Positions 38,749 through 47,717 of a DNA stretch of 64,000 nt are shown one piece after another. Source of the DNA: an uncultured virus (IMG/VR IMGVR_UViG_3300042363_001425) (Duplodnaviria > Heunggongvirae > Uroviricota > Caudoviricetes). Positions within the stretch are counted from its first letter, which is position 1, and every line of letters starts with the position of its first letter. The notes beneath the pieces were generated by a model. That model was not told where the DNA came from, made no database searches, and saw only the letters and a program-made list of their open reading frames with translations. The position numbers and the translations under genes were made by a program. Location of the stretch: IMG/VR virus record IMGVR_UViG_3300042363_001425. The stretch is one strand, 5' to 3'.

Positions 38749-40740
38749 TTGGCTACTAACACTATTAAAAGTCTAAATCAAACAGCTCTTCCTGAAAACG
38801 CAGTGTTTATCATTGAACGTATTAACGAAGCTGTTACGGTAACTAGAGGAGAGGATAATGATATTATCTTAGAAGGTACAGCAGCTGTTTTTGGAGTAAA
38901 GAACGAAAATAATCGTATTTACGAAAAACAAGAATATCTACCGCATTTAGAATACCTAAACAAGAAGATCGAAGAGCGCAGGCTATTCGGTGAACTTGAC
39001 CACCCACAAAAATTTGATGTTTCATTAGCTAACGTGTCTCACGTAATTTTAGCGCTTACTTATGATGAACCGTCAAACAGCGTAAAAATTAAACTTCAGT
39101 TGTTAGATACGCCATGTGGCCGTATTTCCAAGACACTAGTTAACGCAGGTTGTACAATCTCAATCTCGTCAAGAGCAGCAGGAAATGTTGGTAGCAATGG
39201 CGAAGTTAGTCTACAAAAGATCTTTACCTATGATCTAGTAGCAGAGCCAGGATTCTCTCAAGCTTCTTTAAGTCAAGTGTCTGAGAGTTTACAGAATAAC
39301 TTCTCATCAGTATTCGAGTCACTAGACACCCTAAAAACAACTGCAATCACTAGCAGGTTAACAGATATTTCCGAGAATTTTAATTTCGAGGATTCTGTGA
39401 AGATTTATCAAATAAATAATTCTGAAATTCAAACTAAACAAAATAATACACAGCAAATGGCTAATAATGAGCATGTAACAAGAGAAGAGATGAACCAATA
39501 TTCAGAATTGGTTAAGAAGAAATTCTCAGCTCTTCAAGAAAGTATCTCTAAAAATAATTCAGGTCTTCAAAAGATCGCTGAAAGTTCAACAGGCGAATCA
39601 CCAGTTGTTGCTAAGATGGTTGAATATGTTAACTACCTTGCAGGCGAAATGGAGCAACTAGTAGAATACTCTAACTACCTATCAACTATGTTAGGTAAAG
39701 GTATAAACTACACCGAGCATGTTGCAGAAAAAGTTAATAATGTTATTGACTATTCTGACTATCTTGGTGGAAAAGTTCAAAAGAATATCGCTTACTCTGA
39801 ATATGTTGGCGAAAAGTTAAATGAAACTATCAACTACACTGAGTACGTTGCTGAAAACGTTGAAAGAACAGTAGAGTACACTAACTACTTAGCTGAGAAC
39901 GTTGACAGAGGCATTCAATATGCAGAATACGTTGCAGAAAGTGCAGAACAAGGTCTTCAATACTCTAACTATCTAGCTGAAAACTTAGAAGATGCTATTA
40001 AATACTCTAACTATTTAGGAGAGAATTTAAACAAAGGTATTAAATACTCTGAGTATATCGCAGAATCATTAAACGAAAAAATAACTCCAGGAGCTACGAC
40101 TAAGACTCGTTCTTTATTAGGAGAAGTTAAAAAATTAAACGAAGGTGTTGAATTTGAAATCAATGAAACTTCTTCAGTTGATGACTTAGCAAATGCAGTA
40201 GACGGTATATTAAATCACATCAAATCTAACTCAGCTAAAGCCGTTTTAGAAAATAAGTATCCTTTCTTAAAGTTGTTAAACGAAGGTCGTAAACAAGCTT
40301 TCTATAGCTTAGACCAAGCTACCAAGAGTGCAATTGTTGAAACTCTTAGTGGAGCAATCTACTTTAACGAAGAAGAAGTAGTTAACTTAATGGAAGCAGT
40401 TCTTAACAAACAAGTTGAAAACACTCCTAGTTATATTAAATTTATGCCGGCTGCCTATAAAACAGTATTTGAAAGCATGAATGACGGAGAGAAAAATTGG
40501 ATTGCTGCTCAAGCTAACAATTTAACTCTAAACACTGCATACCAAGTTAAATCTTTCTGGGATTCTCGCGATTTCAGAGGAATTAATGAAAGAATCGCAA
40601 CTGAGTCACTTATAAATAATAATTCTATTAACGAAAACCAAGGTAAAGAAGGTTACGTATCGTACAAACAAATAAACGAAAGTCTACGCGGTTATTCTAA
40701 TAACTATATGGACGCTCTCAAAAGAAGAGCACAAAATTAA
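38749..40740 (+). CDS. Prohead protease (gp21-like) fused to scaffold/core protein (gp22-like); start reassigned to TTG 38749
   Basis: NENNRIY, GELDHP, VSH and ISSRAAG protease motifs; coiled-coil repeat C-terminal half; late motif at 38722-38729 lies inside the longer GTG ORF. Confidence 0.85.
   Translation: MATNTIKSLNQTALPENAVFIIERINEAVTVTRGEDNDIILEGTAAVFGVKNENNRIYEKQEYLPHLEYLNKKIEERRLFGELDHPQKFDVSLANVSHVILALTYDEPSNSVKIKLQLLDTPCGRISKTLVNAGCTISISSRAAGNVGSNGEVSLQKIFTYDLVAEPGFSQASLSQVSESLQNNFSSVFESLDTLKTTAITSRLTDISENFNFEDSVKIYQINNSEIQTKQNNTQQMANNEHVTREEMNQYSELVKKKFSALQESISKNNSGLQKIAESSTGESPVVAKMVEYVNYLAGEMEQLVEYSNYLSTMLGKGINYTEHVAEKVNNVIDYSDYLGGKVQKNIAYSEYVGEKLNETINYTEYVAENVERTVEYTNYLAENVDRGIQYAEYVAESAEQGLQYSNYLAENLEDAIKYSNYLGENLNKGIKYSEYIAESLNEKITPGATTKTRSLLGEVKKLNEGVEFEINETSSVDDLANAVDGILNHIKSNSAKAVLENKYPFLKLLNEGRKQAFYSLDQATKSAIVETLSGAIYFNEEEVVNLMEAVLNKQVENTPSYIKFMPAAYKTVFESMNDGEKNWIAAQANNLTLNTAYQVKSFWDSRDFRGINERIATESLINNNSINENQGKEGYVSYKQINESLRGYSNNYMDALKRRAQN
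39457..40740 (+). CDS. Putative nested in-frame scaffold protein (MANNEHV...)
   Basis: Internal ATAAATAA at 39412-39419 and a CAAAATAATAC leader shared with the genes at 42565 and 58047. Confidence 0.55.
   Translation: MANNEHVTREEMNQYSELVKKKFSALQESISKNNSGLQKIAESSTGESPVVAKMVEYVNYLAGEMEQLVEYSNYLSTMLGKGINYTEHVAEKVNNVIDYSDYLGGKVQKNIAYSEYVGEKLNETINYTEYVAENVERTVEYTNYLAENVDRGIQYAEYVAESAEQGLQYSNYLAENLEDAIKYSNYLGENLNKGIKYSEYIAESLNEKITPGATTKTRSLLGEVKKLNEGVEFEINETSSVDDLANAVDGILNHIKSNSAKAVLENKYPFLKLLNEGRKQAFYSLDQATKSAIVETLSGAIYFNEEEVVNLMEAVLNKQVENTPSYIKFMPAAYKTVFESMNDGEKNWIAAQANNLTLNTAYQVKSFWDSRDFRGINERIATESLINNNSINENQGKEGYVSYKQINESLRGYSNNYMDALKRRAQN
39619..40080 (+). repeat. 11 x 42-bp (14-aa) coding repeats, consensus (I/V)xYSxYLAExLxxx
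   Basis: Repeats read directly in the translation. Confidence 0.85.
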
Positions 40741-40757
40741 AAAAACATTTTTAAAAA

Positions 40758-42449
40758 ATGGCAACAAAAATTTTCAAAAAATTGAACGATGCTTCAATTA
40801 GAGAAACTTGGACTCCAGTTTTAGAAGGTTATGGTGCAAACGTTACAGCTCGCCCTTGGTTAGTTGACTACGCTCACAATCATGCTATCTTCGATAACGC
40901 AGGTTCAATCAATGAATCACAATCTGCTCCAGGTTTGTTCTTACAACAACCAGGTTCAATCAGTGCAATGGGAGCAATCAGCTCTCCAACTAGCTCAATG
41001 ACTCCGTTCACAGCTGGTGCTAAAAACGGTTACGGTGCTTCTGTATCTGGTTCTGGTGATAAATTCCCAAGCCTTTTACCAGTTGCTATCCAAGTAGCTG
41101 CTAAGACTATCGGTTTCGACCTAGTTGGTGTAGTTCCTATGGATTCTCCAGTAGGTTTCTTACCTTACTTGGATTACGTATACCAAGGTGGTAACATCGA
41201 CAAGCAATACGAGCCTTTCTTGATTAAAATCACAGGTTTGTTAGAAAACCCATCAGGTGGTGCTAAATTCACAGTAGCAACTCTTCCTTTCACAGAAGGT
41301 GCTAACTATGGTGTGAACAATGGTTCAGACGATTTAATCTTACAATACGTTGGTAAATCACGTGTTGATGGTTCTCCAATCTTCAAAGTTATCTTAAACG
41401 ATGACGCTAAAACTCTTGCTGAAATATTCGTAGCTGACTGCGATATTCAACCAGCTGGAGCAACAGCTGTTTCAGGTTCTGCGGTAGCAACTTACCGTAT
41501 TGCTGATAACAAAGTTGAATTAGTTTCTGCTTTAGAAAACCATATTTCTGGTTTTACTTCAGTATCTGATGCTGATTATGCTACTACTGATTTCAATGGT
41601 CCTTTTATGGGAACTACTGGAAATCAAATGGAAGGTATGACTCGTGCAACTGCTGAAACTTCTAAATTCCGTCAAATGGGTCTTCGTATGTTCACTAAGT
41701 TCATCGAGGCAAAAGGCGACCAAGTTGCTATCTCAGCAACAGTTGAGCAAATCCAAGACCTTAACCGCGTTTGGAACTTTGATGTAATGTCAATGTTAGA
41801 AAACGTTGCAGTTAACGAACTTGCACAATCAATTAACAAGAAATTGGTTGATCGTGTTCTTGGTTTAGGTGCTACTCACGCTACTGCTATCGCAGGCGTA
41901 GAAGGTGCTGGTATCACTACTTTAGACCTAACTGTAGGTTCTACTGGTTTTGAGAACATCTCAACTCTACAACGTCGTGTTGTAACTAAAATTCTTGAAA
42001 TGGCTAACTTGATTTATCATAGAGGTCGTTTCGGTGCAGGTACTTACATCGTTACTAACGGTCGTGTTGCTTCTGCTTTAGCAGACGTAGCTGGTTACTC
42101 TTTCGCTCCATTCAACAATGATCTTCCATCTGCTGCTGGTCAATTATACCCTGCAGGTAAAGTACATGGTTTAACCATCTACGTTGATCCTAACTTGAAA
42201 TTCAGCGATGATCGTATCCATATCGGTCGTAAAGGTGCTGATGAAGAACCAGGTGTTAAATTCCTTCCATATATCATGGCTGAGTCTCTTCAAACAATCG
42301 CAGAGGGAACTTTCTCTCCGAAAATTGGTATGAAATCTCGTTATGCTATCACAGAAGCTGGATGGCACCCAGAAACTCAATACATTACTTTGAACGTAAC
42401 AGGTCTAGGTGTATTGACTGGTTCAGTTCGTCCTGCTGCTTCTTACTAA
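40758..42449 (+). CDS. Major capsid protein, T4 gp23-like
   Basis: DLVGVVPM..P.G, EQIQDL, ELAQSINK, YVDP, PY and PKIGMKSRYA blocks; follows the scaffold. Confidence 0.93.
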   Translation: MATKIFKKLNDASIRETWTPVLEGYGANVTARPWLVDYAHNHAIFDNAGSINESQSAPGLFLQQPGSISAMGAISSPTSSMTPFTAGAKNGYGASVSGSGDKFPSLLPVAIQVAAKTIGFDLVGVVPMDSPVGFLPYLDYVYQGGNIDKQYEPFLIKITGLLENPSGGAKFTVATLPFTEGANYGVNNGSDDLILQYVGKSRVDGSPIFKVILNDDAKTLAEIFVADCDIQPAGATAVSGSAVATYRIADNKVELVSALENHISGFTSVSDADYATTDFNGPFMGTTGNQMEGMTRATAETSKFRQMGLRMFTKFIEAKGDQVAISATVEQIQDLNRVWNFDVMSMLENVAVNELAQSINKKLVDRVLGLGATHATAIAGVEGAGITTLDLTVGSTGFENISTLQRRVVTKILEMANLIYHRGRFGAGTYIVTNGRVASALADVAGYSFAPFNNDLPSAAGQLYPAGKVHGLTIYVDPNLKFSDDRIHIGRKGADEEPGVKFLPYIMAESLQTIAEGTFSPKIGMKSRYAITEAGWHPETQYITLNVTGLGVLTGSVRPAASY

Positions 42450-42471
42450 TTGTAAGTAAACAGAGACATAT

Positions 42472-42508
42472 AAGAAAAGGCTCCTCAAAAGGGAGCCTTT
42501 TCTTTTTT
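42472..42508 (+). terminator. Rho-independent terminator
   Basis: AAGAAAAGGCTCC...GGAGCCTTTTCTT followed by a T-tract. Confidence 0.85.
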
Positions 42509-42564
42509 AATGAGGATTCACTAATAAATAACTAGGTAAAACAATACCAAAATAATACGCAAAA

Positions 42565-42930
42565 ATGAGCAACACCGTTTTAAACTACAACGAATTCCTT
42601 TTAGAGAAAAAGGCTATTAATCAAGAAATGGCAGAACTTCCAAAAGGTAAAGGTTCTAAGTCTAGCAAAACTGTTAAACCTGAAATGGCAGAACTTCCAA
42701 AAGGTAAAGGTTCAGCATCTTCTAAAACAGTTAAACCTGCAATGGCAGAACTTCCAAAAGGTAAAGGTTCTAACTCTACTAAGACAGTTGATGAGAAAAC
42801 CGCTAAATTACCTACAAACAAAGGTTCTAAATCTACTAAGACAGTTGATCCAAAGATGGCTAAATTAGTTATCACAGGTAAAGCAATCAATAAGAAAGTT
42901 GAGCCTAACATGGCTAAAATGCCTAAGTAA
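42565..42930 (+). CDS. Lys-rich tandem-repeat protein, putative DNA-binding internal head protein
   Basis: VLNYNEFLLE N-terminus; about 5 x 19-aa MAELPKGKGSxSxKTVxxx; late motif at 42524-42531. Confidence 0.75.
   Translation: MSNTVLNYNEFLLEKKAINQEMAELPKGKGSKSSKTVKPEMAELPKGKGSASSKTVKPAMAELPKGKGSNSTKTVDEKTAKLPTNKGSKSTKTVDPKMAKLVITGKAINKKVEPNMAKMPK
42628..42927 (+). repeat. 57-bp coding tandem repeats
   Basis: ATGGCAGAACTTCCAAAAGGTAAAGGTTC at 42628, 42685 and 42742, then degenerate copies. Confidence 0.9.
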
Positions 42931-42950
42931 TAAAAAAGCGACACGCTAAC

Positions 42951-43256
42951 ATGGCAAATCAAAATAAACATAGGATTGACTCCTTTCGTAATTTTGTGAT
43001 TCAGGAAAATTCAATAAAGGATTTAGTTGGAAAAGCAGATGACGAGGAATTAGACTTAGACGATGCTAGAAGCATCGGTAAGAAGATTTCACGTATGAAA
43101 GGTGAAGACCGTAAGAAATACGTTGGAATCGTTAATTTCATGGGAGCATCATGTCGTATATACAACGAAATTTGGGCTAACTATAAACCGGTAGATCCAA
43201 CCAAGAAAAAATCTAACCGTGGAAAAGAATTCCAAGGCGAAAAAGAATTAGGTTAA
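42951..43256 (+). CDS. Putative internal head protein
   Basis: RIDSFRNFVIQE motif. Confidence 0.65.
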   Translation: MANQNKHRIDSFRNFVIQENSIKDLVGKADDEELDLDDARSIGKKISRMKGEDRKKYVGIVNFMGASCRIYNEIWANYKPVDPTKKKSNRGKEFQGEKELG

Positions 43257-43260
43257 TTAA

Positions 43261-44286
43261 TTGAACGCACAAGGAGTTATAGCAGAGTCAATAATCAGTT
43301 TCAAGATAACTTGGGATAATCCAGGAAATGGACAACAGTCTATGTGGAATCAGAACAAGCAGGGAATTGAGATTCACCAAACTGACGTGTATCCTGATTT
43401 ACAATATACTTCAGCATTTGGAGCTCCGTTATATACTAAATACACATCAGGAGCTCTTCTAAATGGCTTAATCAATGCAATCAATGAGATAATTGATGCA
43501 AAGCTTTCAAGTGAATCTAGTAAAGAAACTAATGAAGCCTTAGCCCTACCGGCGGGTACTGACCAAGTTAAACAATTGGGACAGGGTCCTGACCAAGCTA
43601 AACAGTTAGGACCAGGTCCTGAGCAAGCTAAACAATTAGGTACAGGAACTCCAGGAGGTGATCTGGTTAAAGTAGAAAAGCCCGGATTACCTGCGACAAT
43701 AGATAATAAGCCAGAAGATAATGAGGAACCTGAGGTGAAGCCTGATGATACTAAAGAAACTCCAAAACCTGAAGCTAGTGCTAAATCGGCATATACAGTA
43801 ACAGTTTACGGAGATAAGCTTAGATTTTTAGAAGGTCAACAAGAAAGAGGAGCCTATTCTGCCGGCGTTAAGTTTTTATACAAAGTTTCAAATAACCTAA
43901 GTAAGGTGATATTTGAAGAAACAATTGATAATAAGCCAAAGATTTGGGCAGAAGTAAAGATTCATGGAGCCTTTGGTAAAACAATTAAGATGGAATTTCC
44001 AGAGTTTGATGAGAAAGAATTCACGTTTGGTGGAAACCTTCTTGCTCAAATACTACCGTCAGTCGAGTTAAGTTTTACACCAGAGGTAAACTCAGTCTAT
44101 TCTAAAGAAAAGCCTGAATTCGATATAGCTGACGTTATTAAAGCAACTAACATTACTCTTGGAAGTAAAACAACTTCTGAGATTCAAGCACTACAAAAGC
44201 AAATACAAAAAGAGATTGATACTCGTGAACCGGCTGAGTCAGAGACAAAGCCTGGTAAACAAGTGGCAACGGGTGCGAATAAATAA
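43261..44286 (+). CDS. Hypothetical late protein with 3 x 10-aa DQxKQLGxGP repeats
   Basis: 30-bp repeats at 43561-43650; TTG start. Confidence 0.7.
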   Translation: MNAQGVIAESIISFKITWDNPGNGQQSMWNQNKQGIEIHQTDVYPDLQYTSAFGAPLYTKYTSGALLNGLINAINEIIDAKLSSESSKETNEALALPAGTDQVKQLGQGPDQAKQLGPGPEQAKQLGTGTPGGDLVKVEKPGLPATIDNKPEDNEEPEVKPDDTKETPKPEASAKSAYTVTVYGDKLRFLEGQQERGAYSAGVKFLYKVSNNLSKVIFEETIDNKPKIWAEVKIHGAFGKTIKMEFPEFDEKEFTFGGNLLAQILPSVELSFTPEVNSVYSKEKPEFDIADVIKATNITLGSKTTSEIQALQKQIQKEIDTREPAESETKPGKQVATGANK

Positions 44287-44305
44287 CTAAAAAATAAGAG
44301 ACAAG

Positions 44306-44893
44306 ATGGCAGGTCTACCACATTTTAAAAATTCAACAGCAGGTCCTGGTAAATACGAACCGTTATACCTTAACCAGTTCGAGGTTATCATTACTCCTCC
44401 ACCAGCAGTTGCTGGTAAAATCGGTTTTGGAAACAATTTGATGCTTGAGCACGTTCTTAAAGTATCAATGTTACCGGAATTCGCGGGTTCAGGTACAGCA
44501 GTTGTTACTCAGAACTATAAATTCTCTCAAAGAACATACGCGCCAGCTAAGCCGGCACAAACATATCACCAATTCACGATTGATTTTGAAGTCAATTTGA
44601 ATAACGGTAATGATATGTACATTTATAATGCTCTTAGAGCATGGGCAGATCTAATCTATAACCCATTAACTGGTAGCCAAGGTCTTAAAGCTGATTACGC
44701 TAATGCAAGTATTCAAGTAACTCAGTTCAACAGAGCTGGTGTTATCTACCGAGACTTTGTATTCTCGCCAGTATTTATTGGCCCTAACAAAATGACTGAA
44801 ACTGTTCTTGACTATACTCAAGATAATCAGATCTATAAGCTAACTGCTCAATTCACAGCAGATACTTATAAAGAATCAAGAATCGGTCAATAA
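44306..44893 (+). CDS. Tail tube protein, gp19-like
   Basis: 195 aa; NQFEV, LRAWADLIYNP, DY...IQVTQFNRAG; late motif at 44279-44286. Confidence 0.75.
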   Translation: MAGLPHFKNSTAGPGKYEPLYLNQFEVIITPPPAVAGKIGFGNNLMLEHVLKVSMLPEFAGSGTAVVTQNYKFSQRTYAPAKPAQTYHQFTIDFEVNLNNGNDMYIYNALRAWADLIYNPLTGSQGLKADYANASIQVTQFNRAGVIYRDFVFSPVFIGPNKMTETVLDYTQDNQIYKLTAQFTADTYKESRIGQ

Positions 44894-44915
44894 AAATAGC
44901 TAACAAAACAGTACT

Positions 44916-45578
44916 ATGGACATGTTTAACGTAAAACGCAGAGATAATCCTTCAATGGACAGATACACTGACATTAAGAAACCTGCATTTGGAGGTCCTA
45001 ACGAAAAGGCCGATTTTGATAAAATAAAACACAACAAACTTGAAGGCTACCAAAGAGTAATTGACAGAAATGCCGATTTCGAAGGTGGAAAATTCAATCA
45101 TAACTACGACACAACTTGGAAGGCTATTACAAGAGACCTTATCTCAAGACGTGCAAATAAAAAACCATTTGACCCAATGTACGCAAAACCAACAATTGCA
45201 ACAGTTGACGCAGTAGAAGAAGGAAAGATCCTACGCTTCGAACAATTCGTTAACGAAAACGACGGCTTTAACATGTTTGCTGAAGCTGAAGACGAAATTC
45301 AAGACCTGGAAGAAAATCCAGCAGAATCTCCAAAAATGGCAGACGAAGCAGAAGTTGATCCAGAACAATTAGAAAATCTAATGGCTGAATTCGGCGAAGA
45401 TCTAGAAGAGATGATCGCTGATATCGCTGAAAAGATGGAAATGGAAAAAGACCAAATTTGCGACCTATTATGCGCAGCAGTTAAGAAGCTTTGTAATGAA
45501 GAAGCTGAAGAAGAAGCTGAAGAAGGTGAAGAAGACGGTTCTGACGACGATTCTAACGAAGTAAAAGACGAAGAATAA
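44916..45578 (+). CDS. Putative head protein with acidic C-terminus
   Basis: KILRFEQFVNE internal motif. Confidence 0.65.
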   Translation: MDMFNVKRRDNPSMDRYTDIKKPAFGGPNEKADFDKIKHNKLEGYQRVIDRNADFEGGKFNHNYDTTWKAITRDLISRRANKKPFDPMYAKPTIATVDAVEEGKILRFEQFVNENDGFNMFAEAEDEIQDLEENPAESPKMADEAEVDPEQLENLMAEFGEDLEEMIADIAEKMEMEKDQICDLLCAAVKKLCNEEAEEEAEEGEEDGSDDDSNEVKDEE

Positions 45579-45581
45579 TCG

Positions 45582-45878
45582 ATGTTCATTAAGTTATTTG
45601 AACAATGGATAGAAGAGGAATCTACTCCAGTCGAAAGTAACTATAAGCTAAAAATTACCACGGATAGTGGAGAATTTGAAGTTTCTGGTAAAATTGACTC
45701 TGAGACAGATACAGCTACAACTGTTAAAGTTGAAAGCTCAACTAGCTCTACTATTAAACCAGGTTCAATGATGACCTTTAATCCTAATCCAAATGGAGAA
45801 TCTGCAATACTGATATCAGATGCATCTGGAACTCCAGAAAGTATTCAAACTTTATCAGGTAAGGTAGAAAAGATCTAA
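45582..45878 (+). CDS. Putative internal head protein
   Basis: MFIKLFEQWIEE. Confidence 0.6.
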   Translation: MFIKLFEQWIEEESTPVESNYKLKITTDSGEFEVSGKIDSETDTATTVKVESSTSSTIKPGSMMTFNPNPNGESAILISDASGTPESIQTLSGKVEKI

Positions 45879-45898
45879 ACTTAACTAAGAAATACAAC

Positions 45899-45922
45899 AA
45901 AGGGGCTTAATGCCCCTTTTTT
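45899..45922. terminator. Bidirectional terminator between convergent operons
   Basis: AAAGGGGC-TTAAT-GCCCCTTT followed by a T-tract. Confidence 0.75.
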
Positions 45923-46308
45923 AGTGTTTCAACTCCAGTAAGCTCTCCAATATCAAAATCTGAATCTATTAATTGGGGAACAAATTCAATTGTTTCATAC
46001 GCTGAATTTAGGAATTTAATTGCATTGTTTATACTACTTGCACTAATTCCAGAATTAACATAAATGATTCTATTGTATTTGCGATTTCTAACATTGATTG
46101 CCTTATCAATTAGTTTTTTGATTTCATAATTAATAAGAAAGGCTTGGATCTTATTTGGGACAAGAATTTCTTGATCAAATTTCTCCTTTACTATTTTATT
46201 AACATTTAATAAGTAGTCGCATTTCTGCTTCTTATTAAAGGTTTGAATGAATTGTTTTTGGTCTCGTACGAATACTATTTCTAGTCTTCGATCAATTGCG
46301 TCTATCAT
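45907..46308 (-). CDS. Hypothetical protein
   Basis: 133-aa ORF overlapping the dCMP deaminase stop. Confidence 0.65.
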   Translation of the reverse strand: MIDAIDRRLEIVFVRDQKQFIQTFNKKQKCDYLLNVNKIVKEKFDQEILVPNKIQAFLINYEIKKLIDKAINVRNRKYNRIIYVNSGISASSINNAIKFLNSAYETIEFVPQLIDSDFDIGELTGVETLKKGH

Positions 46309-46778
46309 AGGTTATCTAAGCTGACTTTTTTTATCTCAATTCCAGCGCGTCTTAAAAAGTCTAAACCTGCAATATCTCGGTATTCTTCCAAATACACAAC
46401 TTTCTTTATGCCTGATTGCAAAATAAGTTTGCTACATTCAGTGCACGGTGAATAAGTTATATATAGAGTTGCTCCATCACAACTTTGAGTTGATTTGGCA
46501 ACTTTTGCTAAAGCATTAGATTCAGCATGTAAGACATACCACTTGGTTTTATATTCTTTAAACGAACCGTCTTCGTTATTTATAGCTTCTTCACATTCAT
46601 TTTCAAAACCTGAAGGAGTGCCATTATAACCATCTGCAATAATCGTATTATTTTTTACAATTAAGGCTCCAACCTTTTTTCGGGTTGCATGAGATAGTTC
46701 GGCCCAAGTTTGAGCCATTTTAATATAGGTTACATCAACTTTATGTTGACGTTGTGTAGATAAGCTACTAATTGACAT
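46305..46778 (-). CDS. cd: dCMP deaminase
   Basis: GYNGTPSG, HAESNA and SPCTECSK zinc motifs. Confidence 0.93.
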   Translation of the reverse strand: MSISSLSTQRQHKVDVTYIKMAQTWAELSHATRKKVGALIVKNNTIIADGYNGTPSGFENECEEAINNEDGSFKEYKTKWYVLHAESNALAKVAKSTQSCDGATLYITYSPCTECSKLILQSGIKKVVYLEEYRDIAGLDFLRRAGIEIKKVSLDNL

Positions 46779-47664
46779 CTGTTTTACTTTTATACGTTTT
46801 AGAAAAAATCCATTTTAACAGGTCATCGCCGTCTTGAAATAATAATATATCCTCTGATTCTGTATTAATTGAGTCAAACAATATTTTAAAGTCATCAGAT
46901 GGCGTTCCATCAATTTCAATTAGATCAGAAACTATTGGAGGTAGGCTAATTGGTTCAAATTCAGAGTTCATCATTCTTTGAGCAAGATCATAATGCCTAT
47001 CGTAGACATGGTAAGAATTTGCAATATGAGTGTATGAACCTAATTCCAATTCTGGATAAAATTGTTTTAGGTGAGAATGAATTTGCATCTGTAACGAACA
47101 GAAAAACGCTACATCGGTTGGAGTTCCCCAAACTGCATCGTTACTTCTCATAAATACGCTCATGTACAACTTGTTATTTCGAATATGTAGATTTGCGTAC
47201 ATGGTACATACAAAATCCTTATTAGAAAAGTATTGATGAGATGGTTTATTAAAGTGCAATACTGCTTGGCGAGTATTAGAATCATTCATAAGACTCTGAA
47301 TTGCCCATTGGTATTGAGTTAAGTCATATTGATTCTGTTCCTTAAAGATTAAATTACCGTAAGCCGAATTGACAGTACCGTCTGAGTTTTGAATAGTTTC
47401 CCAGAACTTTGCCCATTTTGCAATGAAGTCTACATCATTTCGACCCATGTAATACCATAGGAACTCTGCGGCAATATACTTTAATTGAGAACCTCGTGCA
47501 TCGTTTGAATATAGGCACTGGGTTGGATCCTCAATCTGTAAAGCAACATCCAGTAGTTCTTTACTGGTGGTTCCTCTAGCATGATTGGTGATTCCATCTG
47601 ACCACAAGTAGGCTAATGATGCTTTATATGAATCTGCGAATGTACGACCTTGGAATGTAATCAT
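46768..47664 (-). CDS. Thymidylate-synthase-family enzyme with dCMP-hydroxymethylase (T4 gp42-like) signature
   Basis: NSAYG, TRQA, KDFVCT (catalytic Cys), MRSNDAVWGTPTD (Asp in place of ThyA Asn177), SYHVY. Confidence 0.8.
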   Translation of the reverse strand: MITFQGRTFADSYKASLAYLWSDGITNHARGTTSKELLDVALQIEDPTQCLYSNDARGSQLKYIAAEFLWYYMGRNDVDFIAKWAKFWETIQNSDGTVNSAYGNLIFKEQNQYDLTQYQWAIQSLMNDSNTRQAVLHFNKPSHQYFSNKDFVCTMYANLHIRNNKLYMSVFMRSNDAVWGTPTDVAFFCSLQMQIHSHLKQFYPELELGSYTHIANSYHVYDRHYDLAQRMMNSEFEPISLPPIVSDLIEIDGTPSDDFKILFDSINTESEDILLFQDGDDLLKWIFSKTYKSKTDVN

Positions 47665-47717
47665 AAGTTTAGTTAATCTTAATAGAGTACTATACTAAGA
47701 AATTACAAAAAGGTTAG

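Noticed and set aside
42628..42927. Direct repeats with variable spacers as a CRISPR array
   Set aside because: They are in-frame 57-bp coding repeats with mutually similar spacers, and no cas genes are present
46768..47664. Plain thymidylate synthase (thyA/td) call
   Set aside because: The specificity residue is Asp rather than Asn, and the motifs are closer to gp42
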